DNA of 64,000 nucleotides from Chrysomallon squamiferum (GCA_012295275.1 CM022668.1:14818001-14882000); one strand, 5' to 3'; shown: positions 13,458 through 28,970, numbered from the stretch's first letter. Numbers and translations: made by a program. Notes: generated from the letters alone by a model not told the origin.

Positions 13458-15776
13458 AAGCGGTATATTTTGAACGTTATACAAATATTAATATCACTTT
13501 TGTGATCTTTTTTCTTTTTAAAATTGATTTTCTTTTTCGTTATATTTCGTCTTATTTCGTCTGTATTTTTCTTTTAGCTCACATAACATCTTGTATTTGT
13601 GTTGTGTTGTTTATTTAATTATCACTATTCTTTGTATTTTGTGTTATGTTGATATTTTATTTTGTATTATTATTTTTCTTTTTGGTTATATTTTTCTGTA
13701 ATGTCGTTTATTATACATTGTTTCATTTTGTGAATGTTCAGCTGACTTTGCATTCTCTTTACAGAAACAGAATGTTGTTTAATTCTAATTTCTTTTATTA
13801 ATTCGGTTTCGTTTCAGTTACTGGTGCATTTAGGACGACTCCCACGACAACGACAACGCCAATGACAACGTCAACGACGACACACACAACAACTACGGCT
13901 GCAGTTACTTTTCAGACCCGATTTTTACTGCTTTGGCATAAAAGAAAACCCACTGCAAGTCTGTGAACAGCAAATGTTTTATTTTTAAAACAAAATGAAT
14001 GAATGAATAAATAAACAAACAAACAGATAAATAATTAACAGAATGATTTATATAATAATTAAACAAACAGACAGACATACAAACAAAGAAACAAATAAAA
14101 AGATTAAAAAATAACAAATAAAATAAATAACAATTAAAAATAAATAAATAAATAAATGTCAGTCGCGTCTCTATTAGGTAACTCCTCATCTCCATGAAAA
14201 AATTACACACACGCACACACCCACATACACTCACATACACACACAGATACATACACACATACACAATAAAACACACACACATACACATACACACACAACA
14301 CGCACAAACACACACATTTAACATGTACACTGTACTAATCAGTCACACCAGTCTAATGTAGATATTTGTTTCTACTTGTGTATTTAAAGTGTCAACTTCG
14401 TGTTTCACTTTTAGTCGAGTCAGGACCTTTGTGTGTGTAAGGTGAGAGTCTGGTAACAAGGAAAAACACTTAGAGCTTATTAGTTAAAGAAAAACATATA
14501 TTACTTTGTTACTCGTGTGAGATAATTTATGTTATAGGGATGCGAAATGAGAGAATGGAGAAATAGTCTAGATCGGGAAAGAATGAATGAGTATGTGAGT
14601 GGACTATGGGTGCGTGTGTGTGCGCGCCTGTATGTTTGTGTGTGTGTGTGTGTGTGTATTTTTGTACATATTTATGTATGTATACTATTGACGTCATAAT
14701 GCTGCATTATTATCGTGTAGTAACTACGTCACATAGCATTGTTACGTCATGTAATAACAATATTACAGTGTTGCCAGAGAAAAATGTTAAAGAATAAACT
14801 GTAGGTTATATAGGTATCTAGTATGTAAGTAAGTAAACAAGTAAGTATCCAAGAACATGAAAACATATGTATATGTATGTATGTATGTATGAATGTGTGT
14901 ATATGTATGTTTATTATGTATGAATGTGTGTATATGTATATTTATTATGTAGATGTGTATGTATATCTATGTATGTGTATGTATGTATGTATGTATGTAT
15001 GTATGTATATATATATATATATATTTGCATGCATGTACGTGCATCTTATTTACCTATATATTACAAATCTATTTTATATAAAACACTCACACACACACAC
15101 ACAAATGTAGATGATAGATTAACGCAAGATGTGGAAGTAATAGAGAAAATAGACAGATATTAACATTAACATAGGACCACCTACCCGCTCCAAGAAAACT
15201 AGTAAGACATTAAGTCTATATTTTGTTTTTTTGCACACCTGTTCTCTTTGAAGTGCTGAGAAGTTAAGGTACTGGGTGCCAAGTAGAGATTTATTTTTTT
15301 TTTTTTTTTTTTTTTTTTGTTTGTTGTTTTGCTACAATGATTAAGCGACAACAAGAGCCAAAGTTTTGTTAAATATGTTTCGTTATTAGCAAGTTAAAGA
15401 AAAAAAAAAATATATATATAAAAAAAATCTTTTCTTGAAAGAGATGAATGGAGAAAAATTCTTCATGTTACGAGCTAGATTAGGAACGGTCGTTTTTCAG
15501 TGTGAGCTATTTGTTTGTCAATAAAATCTTGAACAATTAAAGCCAAATAATAATAAAAAAAAATAATAATAAAAATGAAAATCAGTTTTGACAAATGGAC
15601 AGGAAAATAAAAGCCTGTTATTGTTAATCTCGTCAGATAAGCTTCGGTGTTGATATTAATCGGTCTTGGTGAAGGATTTTTTTTTAAGAAAATTCTGAAA
15701 GGTGCATAAGCGATTATTTCCGTCTTGTCAAACCCTTTCGCTTACATTTCAGGAAAGTCCACGGTTCACTGCAGTA

Positions 15777-15821
<45 letters not shown>

Positions 15822-16163
15822 AACGAAACGGTTGGTTATTGCCCGTCATATTCGTAATCCGTCTCGTTTTCGAAGTCCCCGCCCCATTCCTGTCAATCAA
15901 TCTGAAATGGGGTGTCAATCCGGTTGATTCGTAAACGTCCTGAACATACTTCGCAGTTGGCTGTTTATGTTAATTTAATGAATATCGAACTTGTTTGGCT
16001 GTATTAGGATTTGTGGAATATTGTTGAAGAGTCGGCGTTTTAAGTCACTTTCCAAATCACGGGTGGGTAACTCACTGGCTTTGGCGTGGAAAGGTTACTG
16101 AGATCAAATCCAGATATAGGCAGTATTTCTTCTTCTTCTTTTTCTTCTATTATTATTATTATT

Positions 16164-16213
<50 letters not shown>

Positions 16214-17100
16214 CGTCGTCGTCGTCGTTGTTGATGTTGATGTCGATGTCGTCTTTGTTGTTGTTGATGTTGTTATTATTATTATTATTATTAAACCCTT
16301 TCATATGAAATCCAAAAATATCATCATCATCATCATCATCATCATCAACACAACTTGATGTCTAGAATCACGTCATTGTCACTACATCACAATTCCTTTA
16401 TGTCGAACACAACTACAACCACAACCACAACCAAATCCACTACTACAATATAGTCTTCATTATCAATATCATCAACATTACCATCAACACCGTATAGACT
16501 CCGCCATCATTGTCATCATCAACATCACTGTTATCATCATCATCATCAGACCTTTATCACCACCTTCAGCTATCGCGACAGCTGTCACTGCCAAAATAAC
16601 GAAGATATTTCTTTGATTGAAAAGACTACGTCATCATCTACATCATCACCATCACTATCATAATGAAAGCAGTGTCAAACAATCATAAAAAATAAAAAAA
16701 ATAAAAATAAAAATTTATAAATTAAAAATATGTATTGATCTTTATATCATCATCAACATCAAAAATCGTCATCATCATTGTCGTTGTCGTCGTTACTGCA
16801 AACAACGTCATAGTCAGGTTATCCAATCCAGTAGCATTCATTCGTCCTCATCATTATAAATATGACATCATCATAATGATCAGTTATCATCATTGCTTTC
16901 ATTACCACTTTCATAGTCGTCATCATTATAAATATAACATCATCATAATTATCAATTATCATCATTGCTTTCATTACAACTATCATACAGTCATCATCAT
17001 CATCGTCATCATCATCATCATCATTATCATCATCATAATTATCAAAACATCCCCAACTCTACCATCAGAATTATCATAACCATCATCCCAGCCATCATCA

Positions 17101-17136
<36 letters not shown>

Positions 17137-17634
17137 CATTTCCAGACATCCCAAAACATTTGTTTCCGTCCTCATCTTTCCCCACCAAAACATCATCGAC
17201 GAGGTCAAAGGTCATTGCTCCCATTTTGCCGGGATGTGATATATTACTGGACGTTGGTCACGCATCTCTAAAGGAGGACCATGCACTGACATCGAGACTC
17301 AACGACAACGACTACGACGACGGCAGAAGAGCCTGGGGCCATGTCGTTGTACGAAAGACTTGGCTGGTGTTTGTTAAACACGACTGGTAGCGTACCTCAG
17401 TTCGTATTACTTTGTTTTTTTGTTTTTACTGTTTATTGTTGTTTTTTTCACCTGGCGCGTGTGGTTAGTTCTTACTTAGCATCAGATTAATGACTGACCA
17501 AAGTGGCAATAGTTGTGGTCAAGGGTGATATAAAAAAAAAATAATAATAAATAAAAAATAAGAAAAGAAAAGAGAAGAAAAAGAAGAAGAAAGAAGAGAA
17601 AAATTACATCACTAAAAGGATAATGCTTTACAAA

Positions 17635-17669
<35 letters not shown>

Positions 17670-19260
17670 ATATAAATATAAATAAAAATATGGACTAATG
17701 AATAAAAAAGAATAAATAAAAATTTCAACAAAGAACAAAATAAAACAAAATCCATGTTATCTTCTATCTACCTGTTTATCCATATATCTGTCTGTCGATC
17801 TGTATTTGTGTCTGTCTCTCTGTCTACCTACCTACCTAAATATATATCTAGATATATAAAATTATTTTTTAAAAAGCGAAAGAACAAACAAACCAGAAAG
17901 CCCCCATTCTCCCCTACCTCCCCCCCAAAAAAAACCCCTCATCCTTCGACAAACTGTCTAATCTGGAATCACAATTAATTAACCAATTAAAAAATAAAAA
18001 CATAAAAATAACAAAAAAAAAAAACAAAATTGCCATGTTTCTGTCAACATAAACGTCAGCTTGGAAAAACGTTTAAATTACTAATTAATTCCTCACCTAA
18101 CTCTAAACGTCGCTGTTCATTTTTATATGCGTCACACCGAAAACAATTATCCAGCGCATAACTGCCAGTTTCGTTTGCTTGTTACTTGTAACTGTGGCGT
18201 AACCCGAACATTCTGGCACACCCAGCATTTAAACGTGCGCCGTCGTGTGAGGTGGTGCGCCAAACAAATGGAGGGATTTACAAACGTAAATTTAAATTCT
18301 TCAAGCAGTACCCGTGTACTTTTTTCTTTTTACTTATTTTTAGGCTACCTACCTGTCTGTTTGGTTATATATATATCTGTCTGTCTGTCTGTCTTTCTAT
18401 CTATTTGTGTGTCTGTCTGTCTGACTTTACGCGCAAGATCACAGAAGTGAACACATTAACAAAAAGCCGTTGATAGATTTCTAAATATTAAACTTAAAAG
18501 ATAATGGAAATAAAACAAATACACGACAGTGCGTGCGGCTCGACTCTGTAGAGATAATCAGTCCAGCTTTGAATTTGACTCTCTTTAATCACGAAACCGT
18601 TCAGAAACGGGGCATTAAATCAAAACAACCGTTCACGCAGACAGCCTAAGTCCGCCGCGACAAGTCGGCTCTCGCTGGAACTCGTAAATTACCGGTCGTT
18701 TGCAATATTACGCGGAATTTGGACCCGTTCTTTACGCGTTATCTAATCTCGTTAATCCAGATCAATTGCCGAGTTGTCGGCCCTGTGTTGTCGCTAGTCG
18801 TTGTTGACTACGTACGGGCCACTCCCATTTTTTTTTTTTTTTTTTTTTTTTTCAGACAATGACGTCTCGCGCTAAATCAAAAGTGCCCGAGACGAGAATT
18901 AATTGACTGGGTTTTTGCTCGCCGCTGATGATTCACTTAATGACAAATTAAACAGCGCAAAGTCCGAACGGTTTACGACTTCTTCGAGACTTTTCCCGAA
19001 AACGATTACGTCATGTCGTAGACGACTTTCGAGTTACGACGTTAAATGCTAGCGAGTAGTGTGACCTAAATATAGAACGTGTCGTTTGGGCTGTTGTGAC
19101 ATTAATGGTATAAATGTTAACAATTCAGTGCAACAGATGGGCACAATGTTGCATTTAGAGTAATTCTGATAATAATGCTGCTGCTGCTGCTGATAGTGAT
19201 GATGATGATGATGATAATAATAATAGTTATAATATTAATAGTAATAAGAATTAAATAATA

Positions 19261-19295
<35 letters not shown>

Positions 19296-20210
19296 AATAA
19301 TAATAATAATGATGATGATGATGATGATGATGATAAAACTGAATTTGAAATAGATAATTTAGATTTTATTCCCCGATAACAAAATAATTTTGTTAATTTA
19401 TTAATTTTAAAGAGACTAATTCAACATTGAAAGAAGACGACGAAGAAGAACAACAATAAAAATACTTTAAAAAAATGTGTTTATTATTCTTAATCTCAAC
19501 GACAGCAAAAACATTCTGTGGTTACTAGAAAATTAAAAAGAACAATTATCGTAACTCCTACGTCATCCTCACTCGTTCCAGAAACAAATTACAACTACAG
19601 CTACTACCACAACTACACCTACTCCGACTACTACTACTGTTACTGCTACTACACTACTACAGCTAATGTTAGTGCTACTATAACTGCTACTACGACTACT
19701 ACTAGTATTGCAGCCTACTATTTCTACCTCCTCGACAAAAACAACTACTACCACGATGGTCAAACGTCACACACACAAAAAAAAAGAAAAAAAACGGACA
19801 GGGCAAGTCATTGGCCAAGAACCATAACTGGAATAAATCTCCGAACTAAGTATGATCGAGTTATTTCCCTTCAATAATACAGTCGTAGCTTTTAAAAGTC
19901 ATAATAATTATATTTTCTCATCTTTAATCAGTAACACAGTGTGCGTAATTAATATTATGAATAAAGTTATTAAAATAAGTTATAGCTGAATATTAAAACA
20001 AATACAAAAAAAAAAAGAAAAAAAAAAGAATAAAACTACTACAGCATAAGAAAACAAGAAAAACAACAACCCCCCAAAAAACAACAACAAACAAACAAAA
20101 CAAAATACAATATATATCGTTGGATGCTACAGCTTTTTATTTATTTACTGATTGATTTGTTTATTTGTTTGTTCCTTTGTTGTTTTATTTCATTTTATTT
20201 CTATTTTTTT

Positions 20211-20310
<100 letters not shown>

Positions 20311-21831
20311 GAAATAAATAATTCAAGGAATGTCTCTAATCCAAACAGAAAATTCGGATTTAATACACCAGGTCTTTAATACCAAACATAATATTTCTTT
20401 TCAATAGAAACAGTCTTTAACAGTACAAAAACTTGCAAATTTAATGGTGGATACATCTAAAACAAATTGAAATATTACAATTTAATTCAGTATATATGGT
20501 TTATAATACTTCGTGTTTGATAGAAATAAGCTTTATTATAAAAGAAAATATATTCACAATTAATTCACGATATATCTAGGTGAAAATAAAATATTCTAAT
20601 TTAATACAAAGATACTTAAAATATCCAAATTTCATATAAAAAGCCTTCAGTACTAAAAAAAAATATTCTTGTTTATTTGAGTAACGTTTTCTTTTTAGTA
20701 ATTTTACCTTACTGAACATGGTGGATTTTGTTAGACAAACATTTCACCCTAATTCCTAATTTCGTTTCTACAATTACAACGCTACAGTCATTTCTTTCTT
20801 TCATTTTTTTTTTTTTTTTTTCTACCAACGAGCTATAAAAAAACGAAAACTTTCGAAGAACTTGAAAATTGTTAAGTCGTAATAAATATCTCGCTGGGAA
20901 TTCGTCTACAAACACACCGCGCTCCTAACCGGGAGGAAAAGAAAACAGATTTTTGTTGCCATGTCAACACGAGGCTGCCGCATCGCCTGCCTCCTCCGAT
21001 TAGCCAAGTGAAGGACAGAATTAAGGCGGCATTCGAGAAGTATAAGCAAGAATGTCGAGTCCGTAGACGGCGAAAGGGACTGAGTGTTCAAGCACAGTCG
21101 TCCTAATGCAACTGATAATTAGTTTTCAGCCTTTGTAGACACTGGCTGATCTCGATCAACATTCGTTGTTATCTCCCTTGGTCGTTTTTTTTTATTTTTA
21201 AGAGTACGTGGGAACTCTTTTCTGCGTGAAGATCCGTTTAGTGTACCGGTCTCAGTTGAGAGTTTTTTTTTTTTTTTTTTTAGTTTTAGTTTCGTGGTTT
21301 TTTAAAAATTTATTTTCTTGATAAATATAATTTGATCTTATAATTCTGATTTAAAGTATTACTCTTCTTTTTCTTCTTTAAAAATTATTATTATTGTTGT
21401 TGTTGTTGTTGTTATTATTATTATTTTGTTGTGTTAAATTCTTAAATACAAAAAGCCCCAAAAAGAACAAAAATTCTTAAACTTCTTTTTTTAACTAATT
21501 TGGAATAAACTTATGCACTTAAATTAACTTTCGAATTATTTTTCGAATTTTGTTATATGTCGGTCTGTTTCTGTCTTAACATTATATGTATTAACTTATC
21601 ATCATCCTCATCGATTCGTATTATTAGTAGTCGTTGTTATGCTTATAAATGAACAAATGAACATACCTTAATTCATCTTGCATTCGGTTCAGGTAGTAAC
21701 GTCATAATGCAGTGTCTTTATCGTATAGTGTGAAGTTCGTCATAACACTGAAACGTCATAGCATTGTTACGTCATATAATAATAATAATAATAATAGTAA
21801 TAATAATAATAATAATAAAAAATAAAAACGA

Positions 21832-22085
21832 AAGAATGGTTAAGTTTAAATAGTGGATTATTTATGTAAGTAGTATGAATGTAGTTTAGATTTTGAATAT
21901 TCTCTGTCTTATGTACGTCTGAATAGACTCTGCACATAGACAATATTGGGGAACGCACTGGCGCAGAAGGACAAAGTCCAATCACGACCTCACAAACCCG
22001 TCAGATGCCGCTGAAGAGACTCGAACGTATGGCAACCATTCACCCGCACTCCGAAGGCGGACGATGTTACCGTTCAGTCATGAAG
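21832..22085 (-). mobile_element. Putative tRNA-derived SINE, near full length
   Basis: The minus strand has an A-box-like TGACTGAACGG (22080-22070) and a B-box GTTCGAGTC (22026-22018), followed by a body that has a second copy nearby and an AT-rich/simple-repeat tail. Confidence 0.55.
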
Positions 22086-22246
22086 ATAATCTTATGTATG
22101 TGTCTATGTGTGTATGTATGTATGTTTGTATGTATGTATGTATGTATTGGGTAAATAGACATACATTATCATAATGTACTAAACTGAGTATTAGACAAGT
22201 ATTAATATACAGATATATATCTGTGTGTGTGTGTGTGTGTGTGTAT

Positions 22247-22405
22247 GTGAGGTCGTGATTGGACTTTGTCCTCCTGCGCCAGTGGGTTCCCGGATATTGT
22301 CTATATGCAGAGTCTATTCAGACGTACATACATACATACATATATACATACATACATACATATATATATATACTTACATAAACAATTCATTATTTAAGTT
22401 TAACC
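22247..22405 (+). mobile_element. 5'-truncated copy of the same element in inverted orientation
   Basis: TGTGAGGTCGTGATTGGACTTTGTCCTCCTGCGCCAGTG...GCAGAGTCTATTCAGACGTACATA is the near-exact reverse complement of about 21910-21994. Looser similarity continues to TACTTACATAAACAATTC...AAGTTTAACCA versus 21835-21870. Confidence 0.75.
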
Positions 22406-23084
22406 ACACCCCTCAATCCGTTTTGGAACCGCCCTGAAAGCTTTGTTTATTCTGATAAGCAAACGCTAGATGTATAAGTAACACCTCGTAAGAGCTATAA
22501 ATAGCACTGTGACGTACTTGCACGCGACATCGTACAGAGGTCATTCCATTGTCTTTAGACACTCGTCCACAAACATTTCTATTCACCAATAACGTGCCAT
22601 CACAAAATACTATTCCAGATTTGTATTATTATTATTTTTTTTTTTTAAAACAACAAGCGTTTGTCTTCAATTGTTTCAACCCACACAGATTTTAAGTTTG
22701 TCGTATTTACTAATTTATAGAGAATTGTATTTTATCAGTATTTACGTACAAATACATAGTTTGTAAATTTAACGCACAGGACATTAGTAATTGTGGTAAT
22801 TTTGTGGGTATAAAAATAGCTCGCTGTATAATCAGTGTTTGAGTTTTGTAACGAAGTTGTAATTAAATCATTTGAATATATCGGGATGTTTTGCGGCCGC
22901 TAAAATGTGTTGTTTTTTGTTGTTTATCTTTTTCTGTGGCTTTTATTTCAAGGGACTTGTTAAGGTATGTAATTAATTTATTTACACGTAAGAGTTATCT
23001 CGTGTTAGGTGTGTGTTTCATAGTGTGATGTGTGTGACTGCGCGCGCGTGTATGTGATAGATGAGTGTTTCTGCTTATTTATGT

Positions 23085-23087
<3 letters not shown>

Positions 23088-23152
<65 letters not shown>

Positions 23153-23361
23153 AGACAGATAGAAACCAAGATGGACAGGTTATATATAACTAGTAGGGAA
23201 GACAGATTAAAAGAAACATAAACAGAAAAAATATAAAGATGTTGGAGAAAATTAATGAAAAAAAAAAAATGTCAGAGATCTGCAGCGTTAAAAAAAACCC
23301 CACAAATAAATAAAAAATAAAAACACGTTAAGAAACGTCCAACTTGTTAACAGCCTAACAC

Positions 23362-23424
<63 letters not shown>

Positions 23425-23632
23425 CAGATAGAAACCAAGATGGACAGGTTATATAAACTAAAGGGAAGACAGATTAAAAGAAAAACATAAACAGAAAAAA
23501 TATAAAAAGATGTTGGAGAAAATTAATGAAAAAAAAAAAAATGTCAGAGATCTGCAGCGTTAAAAAACCCCACAAATAAATAAAAAATAAAAACACGTTA
23601 AGAAACGTCCAACTTGTTAACAGCCTAACACT

Positions 23633-23718
<86 letters not shown>
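23088..23718. repeat. Tandem duplication of about 270 bp bounded by (GA)n tracts
   Basis: The unique segment AAAGAGACAGATAGAAACCAAGATGGACAGG...CAGCCTAACACTCG occurs at about 23149-23364 and 23418-23634. It is separated and flanked by three (GA)n arrays. Confidence 0.92.
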
Positions 23719-23719
<1 letters not shown>

Positions 23720-24177
23720 AATGAAGAGATGTCGAATTCTCCCTGGAGCCAATAATCATAAGAAAATTCCTGTCGCGTACTCTCCAGTGAATCAACATGT
23801 TATCACCATACCTCCGCAAAGCGCCTGGAATTTTGCTAAACGTCTCTCTTAATCCGTTCCATTAGAAACGGCAATAAAACCAAGCTCGTTATACACCGAT
23901 GGGAAAAACGCTTTCGTATGGGAAATATCTCAGTCACTCCGTATTAGCCTTTGGGCGCACAATATCGGGTGTTTAAAGGATTAATATATTTCGAAATAAT
24001 GCGAAATAATTATATATATATGTATATATATATACAGGTGAACTTACTGTCACTGTGGTGGTGTGTGTGTGTGTGGGGGTGGGTGGGTGAAATTATGATT
24101 TAATAGAAGCCGTTGTTTGTTTTAGAAGGCAATTATGGAAAATTACCGAGATGGAATTGTGGTATGGTTAAGTTACT

Positions 24178-24306
<129 letters not shown>

Positions 24307-26751
24307 TTTACTGAATATTTCCGAGTTTCTTTTCTTCTACATAAAGTATTTGTACATGTGCAAACGCATTTATTTCTTAACGTGTGGTTAAACTGAAAGT
24401 TTATTGTTGTTTATGTGTGAATGTATATATGTGTATATAATAGGTATAAGTGTGTGCATTTGTATGAATATACTTGTTTATATACATACATATTGTATGT
24501 ATGTTGTACTTTGTGTATTTATATTTATACAATAAACCCAACGGATTTATTTAGTTTCAAATATACATACGTGTTACTTATACACGAGTTATTTCCCTTG
24601 AAACGTAAACCAACATCAGCCTTACTATGAAACAAGGAAAACACTTTAAATTAATACCAATTTTTTATTTTTTTGTTATTTTGTACACGCCGTATTCCAG
24701 AATTTACGCCACAACATAAAAAAAAATATATTAAACATTAACGTCGACAACATCAGAGACGTTTTTTTCATTAGACTGGCGTCGTCGTTGTTATTATTTT
24801 TTCATGTACAAGCAAAAGTGATGATAATATTAACGTTAGTTACATATTACCAGCAAATGTGAAAATTTCCCTTAGAAGCGAAAACTTCAAACGATTTCTG
24901 TTGATGCTTGAGCAAATATGGGACAAGTTACGGCCTGATATGATTTCGTTTAAGAGTTATAAAGTCTTTCATTACTGTCTTTCAACTCTCGCTTGATTAT
25001 TTCTCTTCACGTTTGCCTCCGTTCCCGAAAACGTAAAATATTTTTTCTCTCTGCAGAAAACAGTGAGTATGTGTGTGTGTGTTTTAAAACACTCGTAATT
25101 TACGCGTTGAATGTTTAAAGTCGTTTAAAAATTTATTGTATTTAAAATTTAAATAATTTTTGAATTTTTAAGTGAAATGGTTTTCGTGAAGGATGTCAGA
25201 TTTCTGAAGACACGAAAGCATAAAATGTTTTAGGGAAAAATCTATATACTAATGTGTCTTTTGTTTTTCTTCTTAAAATATAATGAAAATATTAAAAAAT
25301 AAAATACTTTTATTTAAAAATTAAAGATATGAAAATATTTCTCTTTTAACGCTAAGATTCACGTTTTCTTTTTTGTCATGAACAGTTAATAATTACAATA
25401 AATTAAATTTCATATTTCGATTCTTAAAATGCCGTAGAAAACTGTTCAGGCTGAAATTCAGTTAAAACTCATTTCGATATTTTAATCAATGTTTACTTCA
25501 GTTTCTTAAAATATGCAAATATTTTTCGTGAATTTCAAATACATATAAAAAATTGCATTATTTAAATTTATATTTGAAATTTTCAAACATTTTGTTCAAT
25601 TTTACTACTAAAAAAAATCTATCATTAAAGTTATACGAATAAAAATATTTATTTTCATGCATAAAAATAAAATAAAAAAATATTATAGTTTGTTAGATAT
25701 GTTAAAAATTAAAATACTGAGGCATATTTTAATATTTTATTAAATTCTTATTTTCAAAATAACAAAAATAAAACTTTTTCAAATTCTATTAAATATTAAT
25801 TTGAAATTAATAAACATTTATCTTATTCGAAAATACGAAAACAAAATATGCATAATATTTTAGTAAAATAGATTAAATATCTATAGAAAATTATTTCGAT
25901 ATTAAAAGACGAATATTTTAATATTTAATTTTCAGTTGTCACTGTTTTATCAAGATTAATCTTAGTAAAATAAAATCACAGACAAAATTTTCGTTGTCAG
26001 AATATTTAAAATAAATTTTAAAAATATCAGTATGCAAATATTTAATGATTAAACATTTCGTTATAACGTGAAGGACAAAATTATTTCGCTTAAAGGATTA
26101 ATGTTCAATATTACACATATATTTAGAAATGTTTGTCACTAAATTTAAAATTAATAAGTGTGTTGAATTTTTCAAAACAAAAGAAAATGTGACTCTTTTT
26201 ATCCAACTGATAAGTTAGTAAGTAAGTAAATAACTAAGTAAGTAAATAAATGAAATGAATAAATGATTTATATAATACTAAAAGAATAATTATATATGCT
26301 AAACTAATATTATGATTAGTAAACCACAAAATATATATTTAAATATAAATAAATAATAATAATGAAAAGAAAATGTACTCAAATAGAAATTGAATAAATA
26401 ACAAATAGTAATAATGAACAAACAAAACACAAACAAACAAACATATAATAATTATGAATGAACAAATGAATGAATAAATAAATATAAAAATATAAAATAT
26501 AAAATATATTAATTAAAATATATCAATTAAAATAAAAATGAAAGAAAGAAAAAAAACACCTCAATATTTTATAAAAATATTAATCCATATTCATCTTTTT
26601 CATTTTAACTTTAATAAGAAATAATAAAAAAAAAAAAATTAGTTTCGTATGTTGCAAATGTTAAGAATAATGTAATTTACGTCATCTAGGTAATAATAAG
26701 ATGACGTCATAACAATTAACATAGGAAAATCGAGTTAACAGGTAAAATTAG

Positions 26752-26819
<68 letters not shown>

Positions 26820-26999
26820 GGATTATTAATTTTTTTAAAGATTATTTCTGAATATTCTATTTATTCTAAGTTTCATATTATTGTGTTCAGTAATTGTAAA
26901 TTTTAATTTGATATTCATTACATACCGTTTGTAAATATTTTTTTCGAAAATATTTAATAAATAAATAAATAAATAAATAATTAAATAAATAAATAGATA

Positions 27000-27075
<76 letters not shown>

Positions 27076-28110
27076 GCAATAATAAGAATGATAATGATGA
27101 TGATTATAATAATAAACATTATATTTATTGCAAAAATAATTTAAAGTAAACATGCATATACCTAAAGAAATATTGAACTAAAGTTATTTTTTATTCTTTA
27201 TAATGTTAATAATATAATTAATTTAGTAAATTAGTTTAAATAAATAAATAAAAAAAAGACAACATATAATGTATGAGAGAATAAAAAATATTTTTGTTAT
27301 TTCGTACGAATAAACTGAATGATATAATAATAAATAAAAGGATTTGAAGAAATATTTAAAAATGATAAATATGCTGATTTTGTTGTAATATTAAATTATA
27401 TATATATTTAAATAATCATTATTAAAATAATTATAAAATAAAAATGATGAAAAGTTATTTAACATATTTATATTTTATAAATTTAAATTAATAAAGTAAA
27501 CAATTGAATAAAAACGCAGTCATAATTAATAATAAATTTAATAAAAAATTAATATATATTATGAAACTATAATCTGTGAATTTTCAATACTTTATTATTA
27601 TTATCACAATTTAAATTATTTTTCTTTTATATTTTGTGTTTGTTTGTTTTTCTTTATAACCTATGTGTATTAATGCTCATATATTTATTATATTTATATA
27701 TTTGTATATTTATTAATTAATTCTGTTTAGTTATTATTATTATTTTTTTATAATGAATATTTAGTTACTTTTCAGTTACTTAACTGTATTAACCATATCT
27801 AGATTAACTGGAATTTTCTAGAAAACAATAGATATTCTCTTATTAAAAATGCATTCATGTCTTCAGCTGTATCTTTATTTACATGTATTTCAAAATATCT
27901 ATATAATTTATATCAAAAAAGTTGAAAATTAATAGCAGTCATATTTCACTGCTTTGAACATAAGGTATCATTTAAATGTCTTTTACAAAAAATATAAAAA
28001 TGAAATTGAAATTTGAATTTTTTTTTCAGGTTTCGTTATTCAGAACAAAATTCTATTAATTATGGAGTTTTAAAGGTGGAAATGTACTTCAGCATTTCTC
28101 GAATGTGATT

Positions 28111-28141
<31 letters not shown>

Positions 28142-28870
28142 TATTTTAAAAAAAAGCAACAACTACGACGACAATAAGGGTTACACCAAACAGCATAGGC
28201 AACGCCTTTATTAATTAAAATTCAAGGAAAGAAGCGAAACGAAAATCGAAAAAAAGAAATTAAGGAAAAAAAAAAAATAAAGAACCACGTTGAAAGAAGA
28301 AACAAAATTAATACCGGAGCAAAAAGTAAAAAGGGGAAAAAAAAATTAATAAATGAAACGAAGGATAAAAGATAAACAGAAATTATAACCAAGTCGAAAT
28401 TAACAGCCTCGTTTTAAATTTCACTCTCGGCATCAGAAGAAGAAAAATGAAAAATGATTGGTCGTCAATTTCACTTGAAATTACTTGGAAAAACAGACCA
28501 CAGCACTTTCAAAAGATGAGAAAAATTTCAAAAAGCAAATTAAGGACAAAACGGCATCTACATACTTACATCAGTGTAAGCAGAATATATATTTCAAGAA
28601 TTGTGGCAATTTTTAAAAAACAAACGGTCTCAGAAAAATGTATACCTAAAAATTTACGTTACGAATTTAAATATGCGTATTAATACTTAATATCAGAATT
28701 GTACTTATTACAGGATAAATTAAAAAGCGTATTTAGAGTGACGATATAATTTTTTTTTTTAAAACAAGGTTTGAGAAACTACAGTATAACAAATAATTCA
28801 AAAAGGCGAGAAATTAATTTTTAATAAAAAGGGGAAGAAAAATAAAAAAATAAAATATATTAATATATAG

Positions 28871-28921
<51 letters not shown>

Positions 28922-28970
28922 GTTTCGAAGAATAATCGAAAATTTCGGAGAACAAATTTAACAATACAGT

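Noticed and set aside
22010-22085. Possible tRNA gene
   Set aside because: It has A/B-box-like motifs, but I could not build a convincing cloverleaf and it runs directly into a repeated body, so it is better read as a SINE head. tRNAscan-SE would settle it.
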